DNA of 64,000 nucleotides from an uncultured Nitrososphaerota archaeon (GTDB taxonomy: Archaea > Thermoproteota > Nitrososphaeria > Nitrososphaerales > CADDZS01). Shown here piece by piece: positions 10,363 to 19,095 of the stretch (the stretch's first letter is position 1; each line of letters begins with the position of its first letter). The position numbers and the translations under genes were made by a program. The notes beneath the pieces are model-generated. The model was not told the DNA's origin, did not search any database, and was given only the letters and a program-made list of their open reading frames with translations. The stretch is taken from the NCBI GenBank assembly GCA_963799845.1, contig CAWCYI010000001.1:96001-160000 (forward strand). Direction: 5' to 3'.

Positions 10363-11730
10363 CTAGCCGCCTGGTTTGCTGTATCGGTACAGGTGGAACA
10401 TTACCGCGAAAAGCATCAGAACTGCACCCAGATCGAACATAGTAAGATTTGGAAAGTTCTTCACAGCAGCAAGAGCCGCATTCGCATTTAGGAACACTTC
10501 AAATCCAAACATTGCGGCTAGTACTGCGACAATCCATCTTGAAGAAATGAAATTGACAGTCGCCTGAGGCTTCTTGCCCCGGGCTATCTTTCCTCCTCCC
10601 TTGGAAGCCCAGTACCGAAGCAGGGAATAAGTTCCTACATAAGAGAGCGCAGCAACAAGAACCATTCCTCCGAATATTTGAACTGGATCAATAAACAGGG
10701 CGGAAGTTGGAGTCAGCGCGCTTTCATTGATGTAGAATCCCCAGTATGTGGTAAGTAGTATCTGAGCGATACTGGCTATTCCTAGAGCCGTAAAGAAAGG
10801 TCTATCCTTCCAAGAGAACTTCTTGCTCTTGTCAACGAACGGAATTACCAAGAACATTAGAATAAACAACGTCGGGATCAAGATTCCCGCCACAAACTTT
10901 GGCATGAAGGTCCTGAGGAAGGCGTAGAGACTCGTAAGGTACCATTCAGGAAGAGTATATCCTGGGTTTACGGTGGGCGTATATTGCACTCCAAGTGAGA
11001 CGGGATACATTCCGCCTAGCAAGAGAACAGCACCCGTTACCGCGGAAATTATGGGAATATCGAACGTCAGATTCCGCGGAAAATGCACGAGCATCAGGAT
11101 TATCATTACAACGGGAATTATGAAGATGTGAGCCGCGTAAAACCTAAGAATAAAGTCTGGGAAGCCCTGACCGAATAGTGTGTGCACAAGAGTTGGACCA
11201 AGCACCGGGGCAGAATAGTTCAGAGATACCCCAATGCTCACCGCAAGCACGGCTCTGGTATTGAGGATAATGTCATAGCCCGTGAAAGCCTCGAGGACCG
11301 TTAGCGTCCCAAATATTATTCCGGTAACCCAGATTATCTCGTTCCTGATCTTAAATCGACCACTAAAGTAGTTGTAATACATGTGAGCGAGTGCAAGGAA
11401 AACCATTGCATCCGAAGCGAAATAGTGAATGTTTCGAACGATCTCTCCATAAGGAAGAGTGTTATTGATAAGCTGAACACTCAACCACGCTCCAGATAGC
11501 GAAGGGGTGTAGAAGAGCATCAGAAGCGCTCCGGTAATCCCGAGAATTAAGAACATGAGGAACGTAAGAAATCCCAGAAAAGGAAGAGGGCTGACGAATC
11601 TTTTGGGAAGGGTGATCTTGAAGGCCAACCAGCCGGTTCTGTCGAGGCGATCTACAAGCCAATCGTAAAACTTCACTATGAGGTAAACAATCGTTATCCT
11701 CTCTTTTTCCACGGGTTGCGATTGCGACAT
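10363..11730 (-). CDS. petB: Cytochrome b of a Rieske/cytb complex III
   Basis: Heme-ligating His in RNIHY, LAHMY, YAAHIF and LVHFP; PEWY motif; ITGALLMLFYTP. Confidence 0.95.
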   Translation of the reverse strand: MSQSQPVEKERITIVYLIVKFYDWLVDRLDRTGWLAFKITLPKRFVSPLPFLGFLTFLMFLILGITGALLMLFYTPSLSGAWLSVQLINNTLPYGEIVRNIHYFASDAMVFLALAHMYYNYFSGRFKIRNEIIWVTGIIFGTLTVLEAFTGYDIILNTRAVLAVSIGVSLNYSAPVLGPTLVHTLFGQGFPDFILRFYAAHIFIIPVVMIILMLVHFPRNLTFDIPIISAVTGAVLLLGGMYPVSLGVQYTPTVNPGYTLPEWYLTSLYAFLRTFMPKFVAGILIPTLFILMFLVIPFVDKSKKFSWKDRPFFTALGIASIAQILLTTYWGFYINESALTPTSALFIDPVQIFGGMVLVAALSYVGTYSLLRYWASKGGGKIARGKKPQATVNFISSRWIVAVLAAMFGFEVFLNANAALAAVKNFPNLTMFDLGAVLMLFAVMFHLYRYSKPGG

Positions 11731-11742
11731 TTCTACTCTAGC

Positions 11743-12834
11743 CTAACAATTTTGCCCGCAACCGATCTGCCCAACAACGCCAAACGCGGAAAATGTCCCG
11801 TCCGTATTTATCTTTAGTTTGATAATCGGCAGCTGATTGTTTGGAGCTACCTGCAAAGAAGCAGGCCCTGCAACTGCCAGACCAGGGGGTTTATTGTCCG
11901 CAGCAGGAAGAGCCGGATATTGACCCATTCCGGGAACATACTGGCTGCCGTGACAGGGGCACTCCATTCTTTCATCGGTGTTAACGTAACTCCAAAGACA
12001 CCAGAGATGAACGCAAACCCTGCTAAAGCCCACATACACGTTCCCGTCAGAATCTGTCGTCGAAAGATCCGCAGGGGCCGTGAACCCATTTGGAAGTTTA
12101 ATCGCGACGCACTGTCGGAAGGTATCATTATCAATATTCGAATTCCCAGTCCTCGGATAAACAAAAGTTACCCAGTTCAGATGAGTGGGATCATTAAATG
12201 TCGAGGCTGTGACAGTTGCGCCAGTTATCGAATCAAGAATTACTTGACTTGAGATAGTGCTCTGGCCGACAGAGCCTTGCAGAAACGGCCCTAGCGCTCC
12301 GAATTGAACTACGGCGACTAGTCCTCCTAAAACTACCAATCCTCTCATGAAATTTCTCCGAGAAATTTCTTCCTTTGATTCTGTCTTCTTGACCGGAGTT
12401 GTAGGACGAGCAACGGAAGGAGATGAAACGACTGGTCTAGCTACCGCGGGAGTGGCTGGCGCGCCAATAGAAGTCGCAGGCTTTGGGGAAGATCCAACCG
12501 GAGTGCCAATAGATGGTCGAGATCCGATCGGGGTTCCTATCGTGGGTCTCGCGACAGAAGTTCCTACCGGAGTTCCTATCGTCGGCGGTTTTGGGGCGGG
12601 CGTAGCAGCCTGAGGCGGACGGGGAGGTGTAGATGCAGCGGCTGGAGTCCCAATCGGAGTTCCAATTTTCGGCCGACCGATTGGAGTTCCAATCGTCGGT
12701 CTTTTGACTGTCGTTGGAGTAACAGGTTTTGATTGCTGTTCATCTTTCTGAACGGTCGCCTCGGATGAAGTTTGCGAACTCTTATCTGAAGATTCATCCG
12801 CTTTCTTATCCGTGTCATCTGCACTATCTGACAA
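11743..12834 (-). CDS. petC: Rieske 2Fe-2S subunit with Tat motif and a long repeat-containing N-terminal extension
   Basis: CVHLWC and CPCHGSQY boxes; SRRNFM twin-arginine motif plus TM helix starting at residue ~158. Confidence 0.93.
   Translation of the reverse strand: MSDSADDTDKKADESSDKSSQTSSEATVQKDEQQSKPVTPTTVKRPTIGTPIGRPKIGTPIGTPAAASTPPRPPQAATPAPKPPTIGTPVGTSVARPTIGTPIGSRPSIGTPVGSSPKPATSIGAPATPAVARPVVSSPSVARPTTPVKKTESKEEISRRNFMRGLVVLGGLVAVVQFGALGPFLQGSVGQSTISSQVILDSITGATVTASTFNDPTHLNWVTFVYPRTGNSNIDNDTFRQCVAIKLPNGFTAPADLSTTDSDGNVYVGFSRVCVHLWCLWSYVNTDERMECPCHGSQYVPGMGQYPALPAADNKPPGLAVAGPASLQVAPNNQLPIIKLKINTDGTFSAFGVVGQIGCGQNC
12457..12702 (-). repeat. Five to six coding repeats of PxIGTP(I/V)G in the Rieske N-terminus
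   Basis: RPTIGTPIG, RPKIGTPIG, PPTIGTPVG, RPTIGTPIG, RPSIGTPVG and degenerate TSIGAPA. Confidence 0.9.
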
Positions 12835-13045
12835 AAAGCAGACCTTGCGCCAAAATCGGAACCTGAAATATTGTATTTAAGGATTGAGAAAGAAAATAAA
12901 ATTCTTCAAAAAATCAAAGAAAATTTTCGCAGACTCTTCTCAATGAAAATTTCGAAATTTGGGCTCCGAATCAGATCAGAAAAATCGCACTGTGAATTGC
13001 AATTTCATTTTTTAGAATTACAAAATCCAATTCAATAATGCTTAA

Positions 13046-13765
13046 ATGAAGATTTCAGATCGGAAGGGTTCGGAACTTTCTATGGCTTCGCCGCCAACCA
13101 AGACTCTAACAGCGACGGGGCCTTTACTGATCGTGATTGTTGTGCTCGCGGCAGCGTTAATAGGTTATTATCAAATTGTATATTATCCAACCGTCGCGCC
13201 TACCTCCACGACCGAGACATTCGTTCCCTCGACAAAACTGAATGTTACGGTTACTATTCCTACCGGTGCGGCTTCCTCGGGAAAACCGACCGCGTACTAT
13301 TTTGCTCCGGATGCGATAACCGTCGTCGCCGGTTATAATTCAACTGTGATTTGGAAGAATAACGACAGCGCGATTCACACCGTCACGGCTGCCCCCGGTT
13401 CGCCAGATCCAAGATTCAATCTCTTTGGTCCCACCAGTCAACCCTGGAATAATATCAACCCCAGTCAGGAAGTGAATTTCACCTTCACGACTCCCGGCAC
13501 TTACAATTATTCGTGCTCCTATCACGTGTGGATGAAGGGTGAAGTCATTGTCCTCGCCGGAAATTCGTCGGCCTCGTCAACTTCTGGCCAGGCTGCTGCC
13601 GCAATCCTGTCAAATGTTCACCTGTCTCTGAGTAGGGCAATGACCTTTGCGAGAAGCCTGGCGACGCGGATAGGTTCGGGAGCTGCTCCTTGGAGGGTGA
13701 ATTTGTCGAGCAATCTTTTTGAATTGTTCTGGTTGATTCCAGCCGTTCTGACAAAGACTTCGTAG
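13046..13765 (+). CDS. Membrane-anchored type 1 blue copper (plastocyanin-like) protein
   Basis: N-terminal TM; HTVT and YSCSYHVWMKG supply the His/Cys/His/Met Cu ligands. Likely start is ATG 13082. Confidence 0.9.
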   Translation: MKISDRKGSELSMASPPTKTLTATGPLLIVIVVLAAALIGYYQIVYYPTVAPTSTTETFVPSTKLNVTVTIPTGAASSGKPTAYYFAPDAITVVAGYNSTVIWKNNDSAIHTVTAAPGSPDPRFNLFGPTSQPWNNINPSQEVNFTFTTPGTYNYSCSYHVWMKGEVIVLAGNSSASSTSGQAAAAILSNVHLSLSRAMTFARSLATRIGSGAAPWRVNLSSNLFELFWLIPAVLTKTS

Positions 13766-14205
13766 CCTGTTTTCAAAAGTATTTTTTCTGATTTTCCCAG
13801 TTTTTCTAGAAGGGCAATCTTTTCTTCAGCAACCTTTGAAGGAAATCTCGCCCGGATGTTTGCGGAGAGATCCGCTGATGATTTGCTGAAAGTCATCGCC
13901 AGTAGGGGAACCTGGAGTTTAGCAAATAGCGTGTCGATATCCAGTACGTTATAGAGGCTGAGCACGCTTCCTGATATCATGATGGCGTTTACGTCATTTC
14001 TCTGAAGATTCCCAAACAGTCTTAACACAGCTTTCGTTGCGTCATTTCCTGAGACCTTCAAGACACCTAGGGCGAATCCGTCGATCACCAGATCACTCCT
14101 GATAACGACCCCCGCTAGCGTCGAGAATTGCTGTTCCTTCTTGAAACTCTCAGCGACTCCCAAAACACGTAGGGCTTTTTTCTCCAAATGCAGTTCCGAG
14201 CGCAA
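13618..14205 (-). CDS. DUF99/UPF0215 family protein (endonuclease V-like fold)
   Basis: RVLGVAESF, LAGVVIRSDLVIDG, GNDAT, YNVLD, PEPIRVARLLA. Confidence 0.85.
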   Translation of the reverse strand: MRSELHLEKKALRVLGVAESFKKEQQFSTLAGVVIRSDLVIDGFALGVLKVSGNDATKAVLRLFGNLQRNDVNAIMISGSVLSLYNVLDIDTLFAKLQVPLLAMTFSKSSADLSANIRARFPSKVAEEKIALLEKLGKSEKILLKTGYEVFVRTAGINQNNSKRLLDKFTLQGAAPEPIRVARLLAKVIALLRDR

Positions 14206-14454
14206 TGTGTAGTTAGTCCTATTGATTCTGACAGACCCCTTTATTTATTCGAGCTGGAAAAAGGAGTTCAAAGTCAGCAAGTTTACTCAACATGAGTAGC
14301 GCCCGATAATTTTTGGTACTGGCCGGGGCAGTTTAAACAAATTCTTGAACTATTCGAAGTTCTAGACTCGAACGTATCGGCCCACAGAATACACAATTTA
14401 ATTACAACTGGAACCCAAATACGTACTTGGGATAAGGATTTGACGTTCTACAAC

Positions 14455-14586
14455 ATGAATATTGACGCTATTGCGATGCCCTGTCCGATCTGTGAAGAGG
14501 CCGAGCGGAAATTCGACGAATTGTCCTCGACTCACTTGGAAATGTTTGGCGAGCATCTCAAGAAAAGCCACGGAATGACGAACTGA
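14455..14586 (+). CDS. C2H2-type zinc-finger micro-protein (43 aa), not in the ORF track
   Basis: MNIDAIAMPCPICEEAERKFDELSSTHLEMFGEHLKKSHGMTN*: CPIC ... HLKKSH. Confidence 0.6.
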   Translation: MNIDAIAMPCPICEEAERKFDELSSTHLEMFGEHLKKSHGMTN

Positions 14587-14771
14587 TCATTTTTTTCAAA
14601 TTCAATTCTTGGACGCACCTGAACAGGCGTCAAGAAACTCGATTCAAATTGAGCGGTGCTTTTCCCAACCAGATCTCATTGAACGATTTTCAGACACTCA
14701 TCGAAAATAAAAATTGTGAGGATGGCGTCTTTCCTCTGGCGCCATTCGTTTTGTTCCGTGTGCTGATGTAT

Positions 14772-15020
14772 TTAGCGTGAAGCGGAAGATCCGGAGTGAC
14801 TCCAAACGTACAAGGCTGCGAGCATAACTATAGAGCCTGCCAATCCAGAAACCATAGCGCCTACGATCTCCGAACTGGAGAACAATTCCTCTATTGCTAT
14901 GATGAATGGCACTCTCACAAGGAATGCTATGAAACCTAGAGCGTATCCGAGAAGCCAGAATCCGAAAATTATCGGTCCACGACTCGTTTGAGCTGTCATG
15001 GAAACGATTTGGCTTGGCAA
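14772..15020 (-). CDS. Small two-TM membrane protein
   Basis: 82-aa ORF with two hydrophobic helices. Confidence 0.6.
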   Translation of the reverse strand: MPSQIVSMTAQTSRGPIIFGFWLLGYALGFIAFLVRVPFIIAIEELFSSSEIVGAMVSGLAGSIVMLAALYVWSHSGSSASR

Positions 15021-15112
15021 GCCTATAGAGCCGCTGAGTAAACTTTCGTTGACAAATTATGCAAAAGGCGGCCGTTCGTGTTTGACCTTGTCTCAAGTGA
15101 GGAATTTAGGTC

Positions 15113-15450
15113 TCAGGCCTCAACCACGCACCACTTTCCCTGACCTTCAAAAAACTGAACCCGCGTCACGGGCATGGACTTTTTCATTTCTGAGAAGATC
15201 CAGTTTGCGATGTTTTCCGAAGTAGGGCGCTCAAATTTTTGGTTGAGGTCTTTGTGGTCCAGTTGAGAGAGAATATCCCACTCTTGTTCTCCATGTCCTT
15301 AAAGTCCATAATCATTCCATCCGGCCGGACCTCCCCGAACAATTCTACGATCACCTTCGCCGTGTGCCCGTGCAGGACTCCGCATTTTGGGTGCCCCGGC
15401 AGAAGGTGGCTGTAATCCACGAAAAATTCCATTCCGAGGCCTGTCTTCAT
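15113..15450 (-). CDS. queD: 6-carboxy-5,6,7,8-tetrahydropterin synthase (frameshifted near 15280)
   Basis: SHLLPGHPKCGVLHGHT and GMIMDFKD. The shifted frame continues LDHKDLN..PTSENIANWIF..EGQGKWCVVEA* (stop 15113-15115). Confidence 0.88.
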
Positions 15451-16274
15451 TCAAAGGTCCTCTCTATTTCCGATACAGCATTGTGCTTGTGAATTGACTC
15501 GTAGGAAGTCGCTCTTATCTTGACCCGCCCTTTGAACTTCAGATTTCTCGCCTGCTTGAAGCAGTCTCTGGCAACGTCTTCGACGAATTTCGGATTACGG
15601 AACATTGCCTCCACAACTGCCGCTTCGTCGCTAGTTTTTAGAACAGTGTAAGTTGGAGAGCTGAAACTATTTTCACAAATGTCAATCAGCTCTTCCAGCG
15701 GAATTTTTTCTTTTATGGGAGCTTCAATCTGTAAATCTAGTTCCGCCCGCTGGACGTGCGCCTTGCCCCTTGTAGTTTCTAGGCTGTGTGGGCAGAGAGT
15801 GTTTCCGATCGCCTTGACTCTCAAGCTCTTGTAAATCTCCTCGCCGCGAACGATTACTCCAACCGAGACGTCGTAAGGCTCATCGGTCTTTTTGTTTGTA
15901 ACCGGAGTATGTCTTCCCAAGAACAAGATCGTTTTTATCATCACTTCTCCGTTCGAATATCTGTGTCTCTTCTTTAACTCAGAGAGAATATACATCCCGA
16001 GTTTTTCAAATGACTCCTTTGATTTCCTAGAACCCTTCGAAACGACATCGTTGATTGATTCGACGAGCCGTGACATGTGAATCCCTTTTCGATCCTCATC
16101 AAGATCTATGAAAAGATCAATTTCTGCCGTAAAGTGGGTGTCACCGCTTCTATTGGAGAGTTTCAGTCCTGTTCTGAGCCCAGAGATCCCGACGCGATCG
16201 ATCGTCTCTCTGACATTCGGAAGTCGATCCTGAGTTGATTGTTGCTGTTGTCGCAGTGACTGAGAATATGTCAT
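15447..16274 (-). CDS. mptA: GTP cyclohydrolase, FolE2/MptA family
   Basis: IDRVGI, KGIHMSRL, TLCPHS, AHVQR, NPKFVEDVAR, ESIHKHNA. Overlaps the queD start. Confidence 0.9.
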   Translation of the reverse strand: MTYSQSLRQQQQSTQDRLPNVRETIDRVGISGLRTGLKLSNRSGDTHFTAEIDLFIDLDEDRKGIHMSRLVESINDVVSKGSRKSKESFEKLGMYILSELKKRHRYSNGEVMIKTILFLGRHTPVTNKKTDEPYDVSVGVIVRGEEIYKSLRVKAIGNTLCPHSLETTRGKAHVQRAELDLQIEAPIKEKIPLEELIDICENSFSSPTYTVLKTSDEAAVVEAMFRNPKFVEDVARDCFKQARNLKFKGRVKIRATSYESIHKHNAVSEIERTFE

Positions 16275-16347
16275 GCAGAAAAGCTCGATCTTCGGAGCCT
16301 ATTGTCAAAAAATGGTATAAAAGAATGCGGGATACGAATTTTTCCGG

Positions 16348-17383
16348 TGTTTTTTCCAGAAATCATTTCGCATCTGTCAGGAGACCTCCATAGACAAAGG
16401 ATATTCAAGAGCATCTAACTGCGGCATCTTCTCGTAGTAAGCCTGGGTTGGCGTCTTGAGGTCAAGGGCTCCATGAGGCCTCACTTCATTGTACCACTTC
16501 ATGAACTCATCTATCGAGGAGAACCACTTGATCTTACTCTCGAATATGTCGAAGAACTTCTCGATCTTGCCGTTCGTCTGGGGGTGGTTGACTCTTCCGA
16601 GGATGAATCTTATCTTGTGCTTCAAGAGACACCTCTCGAATTCTGTCATCCCCTTCTCCCTCCTCTCAGATTCCATCGTGTAAAATGTGGTTCCGTGGTC
16701 GGATAGGATCGATGCAGGTTTGCCGTGTTCCTTCATGGCGCTCTCAAGACAGGAAACAGAGTACTCCGAGGTCAGCGTTTCATGGACCCCAAATCCGGTA
16801 ATGAGACGAGAAGCATCATCTTCATAGCAGGTGAGCCACTTGCCCTTCCACCTCGGATCCTTTACCTCGTGCCAGTCCGTATGCCATAATGAATTCGAGT
16901 GTTCCCTCTCGTATCTGACCCACTTCCTCCTTATCCACTTCTTCCTAGAGTTTGACGCAAAGGAGTTCATCAGGAGCACCCTGTGTATCCTGTTGTGGTT
17001 GATGTGAATCTTGCTATCGCTCTCGATCTTTCGTTCAAGGTAGAGGGCGTTTGCCCTATATCTCTGATAAGCATCAATGACGAGTGAAGTTTCCTCGTCG
17101 GTAATTGGAATGCTTTTCCTTCCTGGTTTCTTGAGGAGGAGAGGCACACCCCCACCTTTCCTATGCTGGGCAAGTATCTGCTCAACCCTCCTCTTTGACA
17201 CCCCGAGCTGGAGAGCAATGTTTGCGCAGGTCTCGCCCCTTTCTCTAGCTCTGAAGAGGTAACTGATCTTGTCGCTATCAAGACTTCGCGGGCACATGTT
17301 TCTCGTAACGCTTTGTTACGCTCTTCCAAAACTCTCCCAGTCTACTCCTGTTTACCAGCTTGCGAAATAATTGTCGGAAAAGA
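16348..17383 (-). mobile_element. IS481-family insertion sequence with imperfect TIRs and a 17-bp flanking direct repeat
   Basis: Ends TGTTTTTTCCAGAAATCATTTCGCA versus (reverse complement) TCTTTTCCGACAATTATTTCGCA. GATACGAATTTTTCCGG occurs at 16331-16347 and 17384-17400. Confidence 0.9.
16377..17297 (-). CDS. IS481-family DDE (rve) transposase
   Basis: N-terminal HTH; RYEREHSNSLWHTD, DDASR, ILSDHG, HPQTNGKIEK, YNEVRPH. Confidence 0.93.
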   Translation of the reverse strand: MCPRSLDSDKISYLFRARERGETCANIALQLGVSKRRVEQILAQHRKGGGVPLLLKKPGRKSIPITDEETSLVIDAYQRYRANALYLERKIESDSKIHINHNRIHRVLLMNSFASNSRKKWIRRKWVRYEREHSNSLWHTDWHEVKDPRWKGKWLTCYEDDASRLITGFGVHETLTSEYSVSCLESAMKEHGKPASILSDHGTTFYTMESERREKGMTEFERCLLKHKIRFILGRVNHPQTNGKIEKFFDIFESKIKWFSSIDEFMKWYNEVRPHGALDLKTPTQAYYEKMPQLDALEYPLSMEVS

Positions 17384-17401
17384 GATACGAATTTTTCCGG
17401 G

Positions 17402-17740
17402 CTAATAGTAATAAGCTTCAAAATGTGGCTTCAGAAATTTGCCAATATAATTCCAAGCGGCTTCTGCGGTTTCAAAGTATTTCCACTGTTCCTTACCTCC
17501 GGGTACGAGTTCCTTGGAAATTTCGTCCATTACTCTTTCCTTGATATTTATGCAATATTTATCGTCGCACTTTGTAACAAAAACGAATGCCCCCTTCTCA
17601 TATCCGGGTATCTCAGCAGTGAACCGTAAACCTTCGTCTAGCTCCAGTCCCCAGAGAAGAGTTTTGAGCTCTCGAATCTGAGTAATTTTTCGTTCGGAGT
17701 AGCCTGTTTTGCTTGCAGTTTCCGGTTTATCGCGGGGCAT
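17402..17740 (-). CDS. Hypothetical protein
   Basis: 112-aa ATG-started ORF with globular composition. Confidence 0.6.
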   Translation of the reverse strand: MPRDKPETASKTGYSERKITQIRELKTLLWGLELDEGLRFTAEIPGYEKGAFVFVTKCDDKYCINIKERVMDEISKELVPGGKEQWKYFETAEAAWNYIGKFLKPHFEAYYY

Positions 17741-17889
17741 TCGTGTTGGTCTGCGTTAAGAGTGGGATAAAGCTAATAATAATAGCTTTATTCTTCTATT
17801 TTTTGTTCGCAAGTTCGCCCTTGAAATCGGCTATGTCGTTCTTGCCCCGCTAGATTTCTCAAACCCAAGCACAGCTTTCAATTTGTAAG

Positions 17890-19095
17890 TTGATTTCATT
17901 GCGGTTATACAATACACTCTCGGAGACTAAAGTTGATCTCGAATCAACTGACGAATTTCGAATGTTCGTATGCGGCCCCACCGTTCAGGACAATGTGCAT
18001 CTTGGACACGCGAAAACGTACCTAGCATTTGATGTTCTCGCTAGATGGTTGCTGAAAAGCGGCCGTAAGGTATTCTTCTTGTTGAACATTACGGATGTTG
18101 ACGACAAGATATTCGATCGTGCCAAAAAAGAGAACGTATCTCACACTGCAATTGCTGACAAGTTTTACAACGCATTCTTGGAGGACTTGGATGCTCTGAA
18201 TATTGCTACCGTCAGTAAATTTGCGAGAGTTTCGAATTATGTTGATGAATCAGTTGTCCTAGTCAAGGATCTTTTGGAAAATGGAAAAGCGTACCACTTG
18301 GAAGGCAGCGTGTATTTTGACACTTCCAAAGCAGACCATTTTGGGAAGCTGTCTCATCAATCAGCGCTTGATTTGATACTCAAGCAAATTGATGCTGCCC
18401 CGGGCAAAAGGAATTCTGTTGATTTTCTCCTGTGGCGAGCAATTTCTGACACCACTGAAGGTATCTGGGAAACAGAAATCGGTGCAGGGAGGCCGGGATG
18501 GCATATACAGGATTCCGCGATCGCGTTTATCGAATTGCACGGACCGTACGATCTACACGGCGGAGCAACGGAACTAATTTTCCCTCATCACGAAGCTGAA
18601 TTAGCGCAAGATGAAGCAATTTCTGGTTTAATCCCCTTCGTCAAGACGTGGATGCATACTGGACTGTTGCTAAAAGGCCAAGAGAAGATGAGCAAGAGCC
18701 TCGGCAACGTTGTAACGATCCGAGAAGCCCTGAAGAAATTCAAGGCTGACATAATCAGGTTTCATTTCTTGAAGCATCATTATCGGGAGGCTTTCGAATA
18801 CTCTTTGAATTCGTTGAATGCAAGCAAAGAAGGATTTCAAGCAATTGAAGATGCGGCGAGAGCTGTACCAAGGAACGAAATCGGCGGAAAAATAGAAGTT
18901 CAAAGATCCGCCAACGCTGACAAAATCTACGACGAATTTTCTTCGCACATGAATGATGATCTCAACACTCCGGGAGCTATATCGTTGCTTTTGGATGTCT
19001 CTCAGAGAATTTCTAAGGAGGTCGGTCAGGAAAAACACGAACTCGGAAGTCTGTTTTGGGAAATTGTGGAGACGCTGGGATTTACACTACCTTGA
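17890..19095 (+). CDS. cysS: Cysteine-tRNA ligase-like protein, short form lacking the C-terminal anticodon-binding extension
   Basis: CGPTV, HLGH, NITDVDDKI, DFLLW, GRPGWHIQD, DLHGG..ELIFPHHEAE, KMSKSLGN, MNDDLNTP. Confidence 0.88.
   Translation: MISLRLYNTLSETKVDLESTDEFRMFVCGPTVQDNVHLGHAKTYLAFDVLARWLLKSGRKVFFLLNITDVDDKIFDRAKKENVSHTAIADKFYNAFLEDLDALNIATVSKFARVSNYVDESVVLVKDLLENGKAYHLEGSVYFDTSKADHFGKLSHQSALDLILKQIDAAPGKRNSVDFLLWRAISDTTEGIWETEIGAGRPGWHIQDSAIAFIELHGPYDLHGGATELIFPHHEAELAQDEAISGLIPFVKTWMHTGLLLKGQEKMSKSLGNVVTIREALKKFKADIIRFHFLKHHYREAFEYSLNSLNASKEGFQAIEDAARAVPRNEIGGKIEVQRSANADKIYDEFSSHMNDDLNTPGAISLLLDVSQRISKEVGQEKHELGSLFWEIVETLGFTLP

Noticed and set aside
12457-12702. Spaced DNA repeats as a possible CRISPR or non-coding array
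   Set aside because: The copies vary at synonymous positions and sit in frame in the Rieske gene; they are peptide repeats, and no cas genes are present.
13618-13765. 148-nt convergent overlap between the cupredoxin and DUF99 genes as a dual-coding region
   Set aside because: The cupredoxin tail beyond the Cu site has no recognisable motif; it is most simply run-on into the antisense strand.
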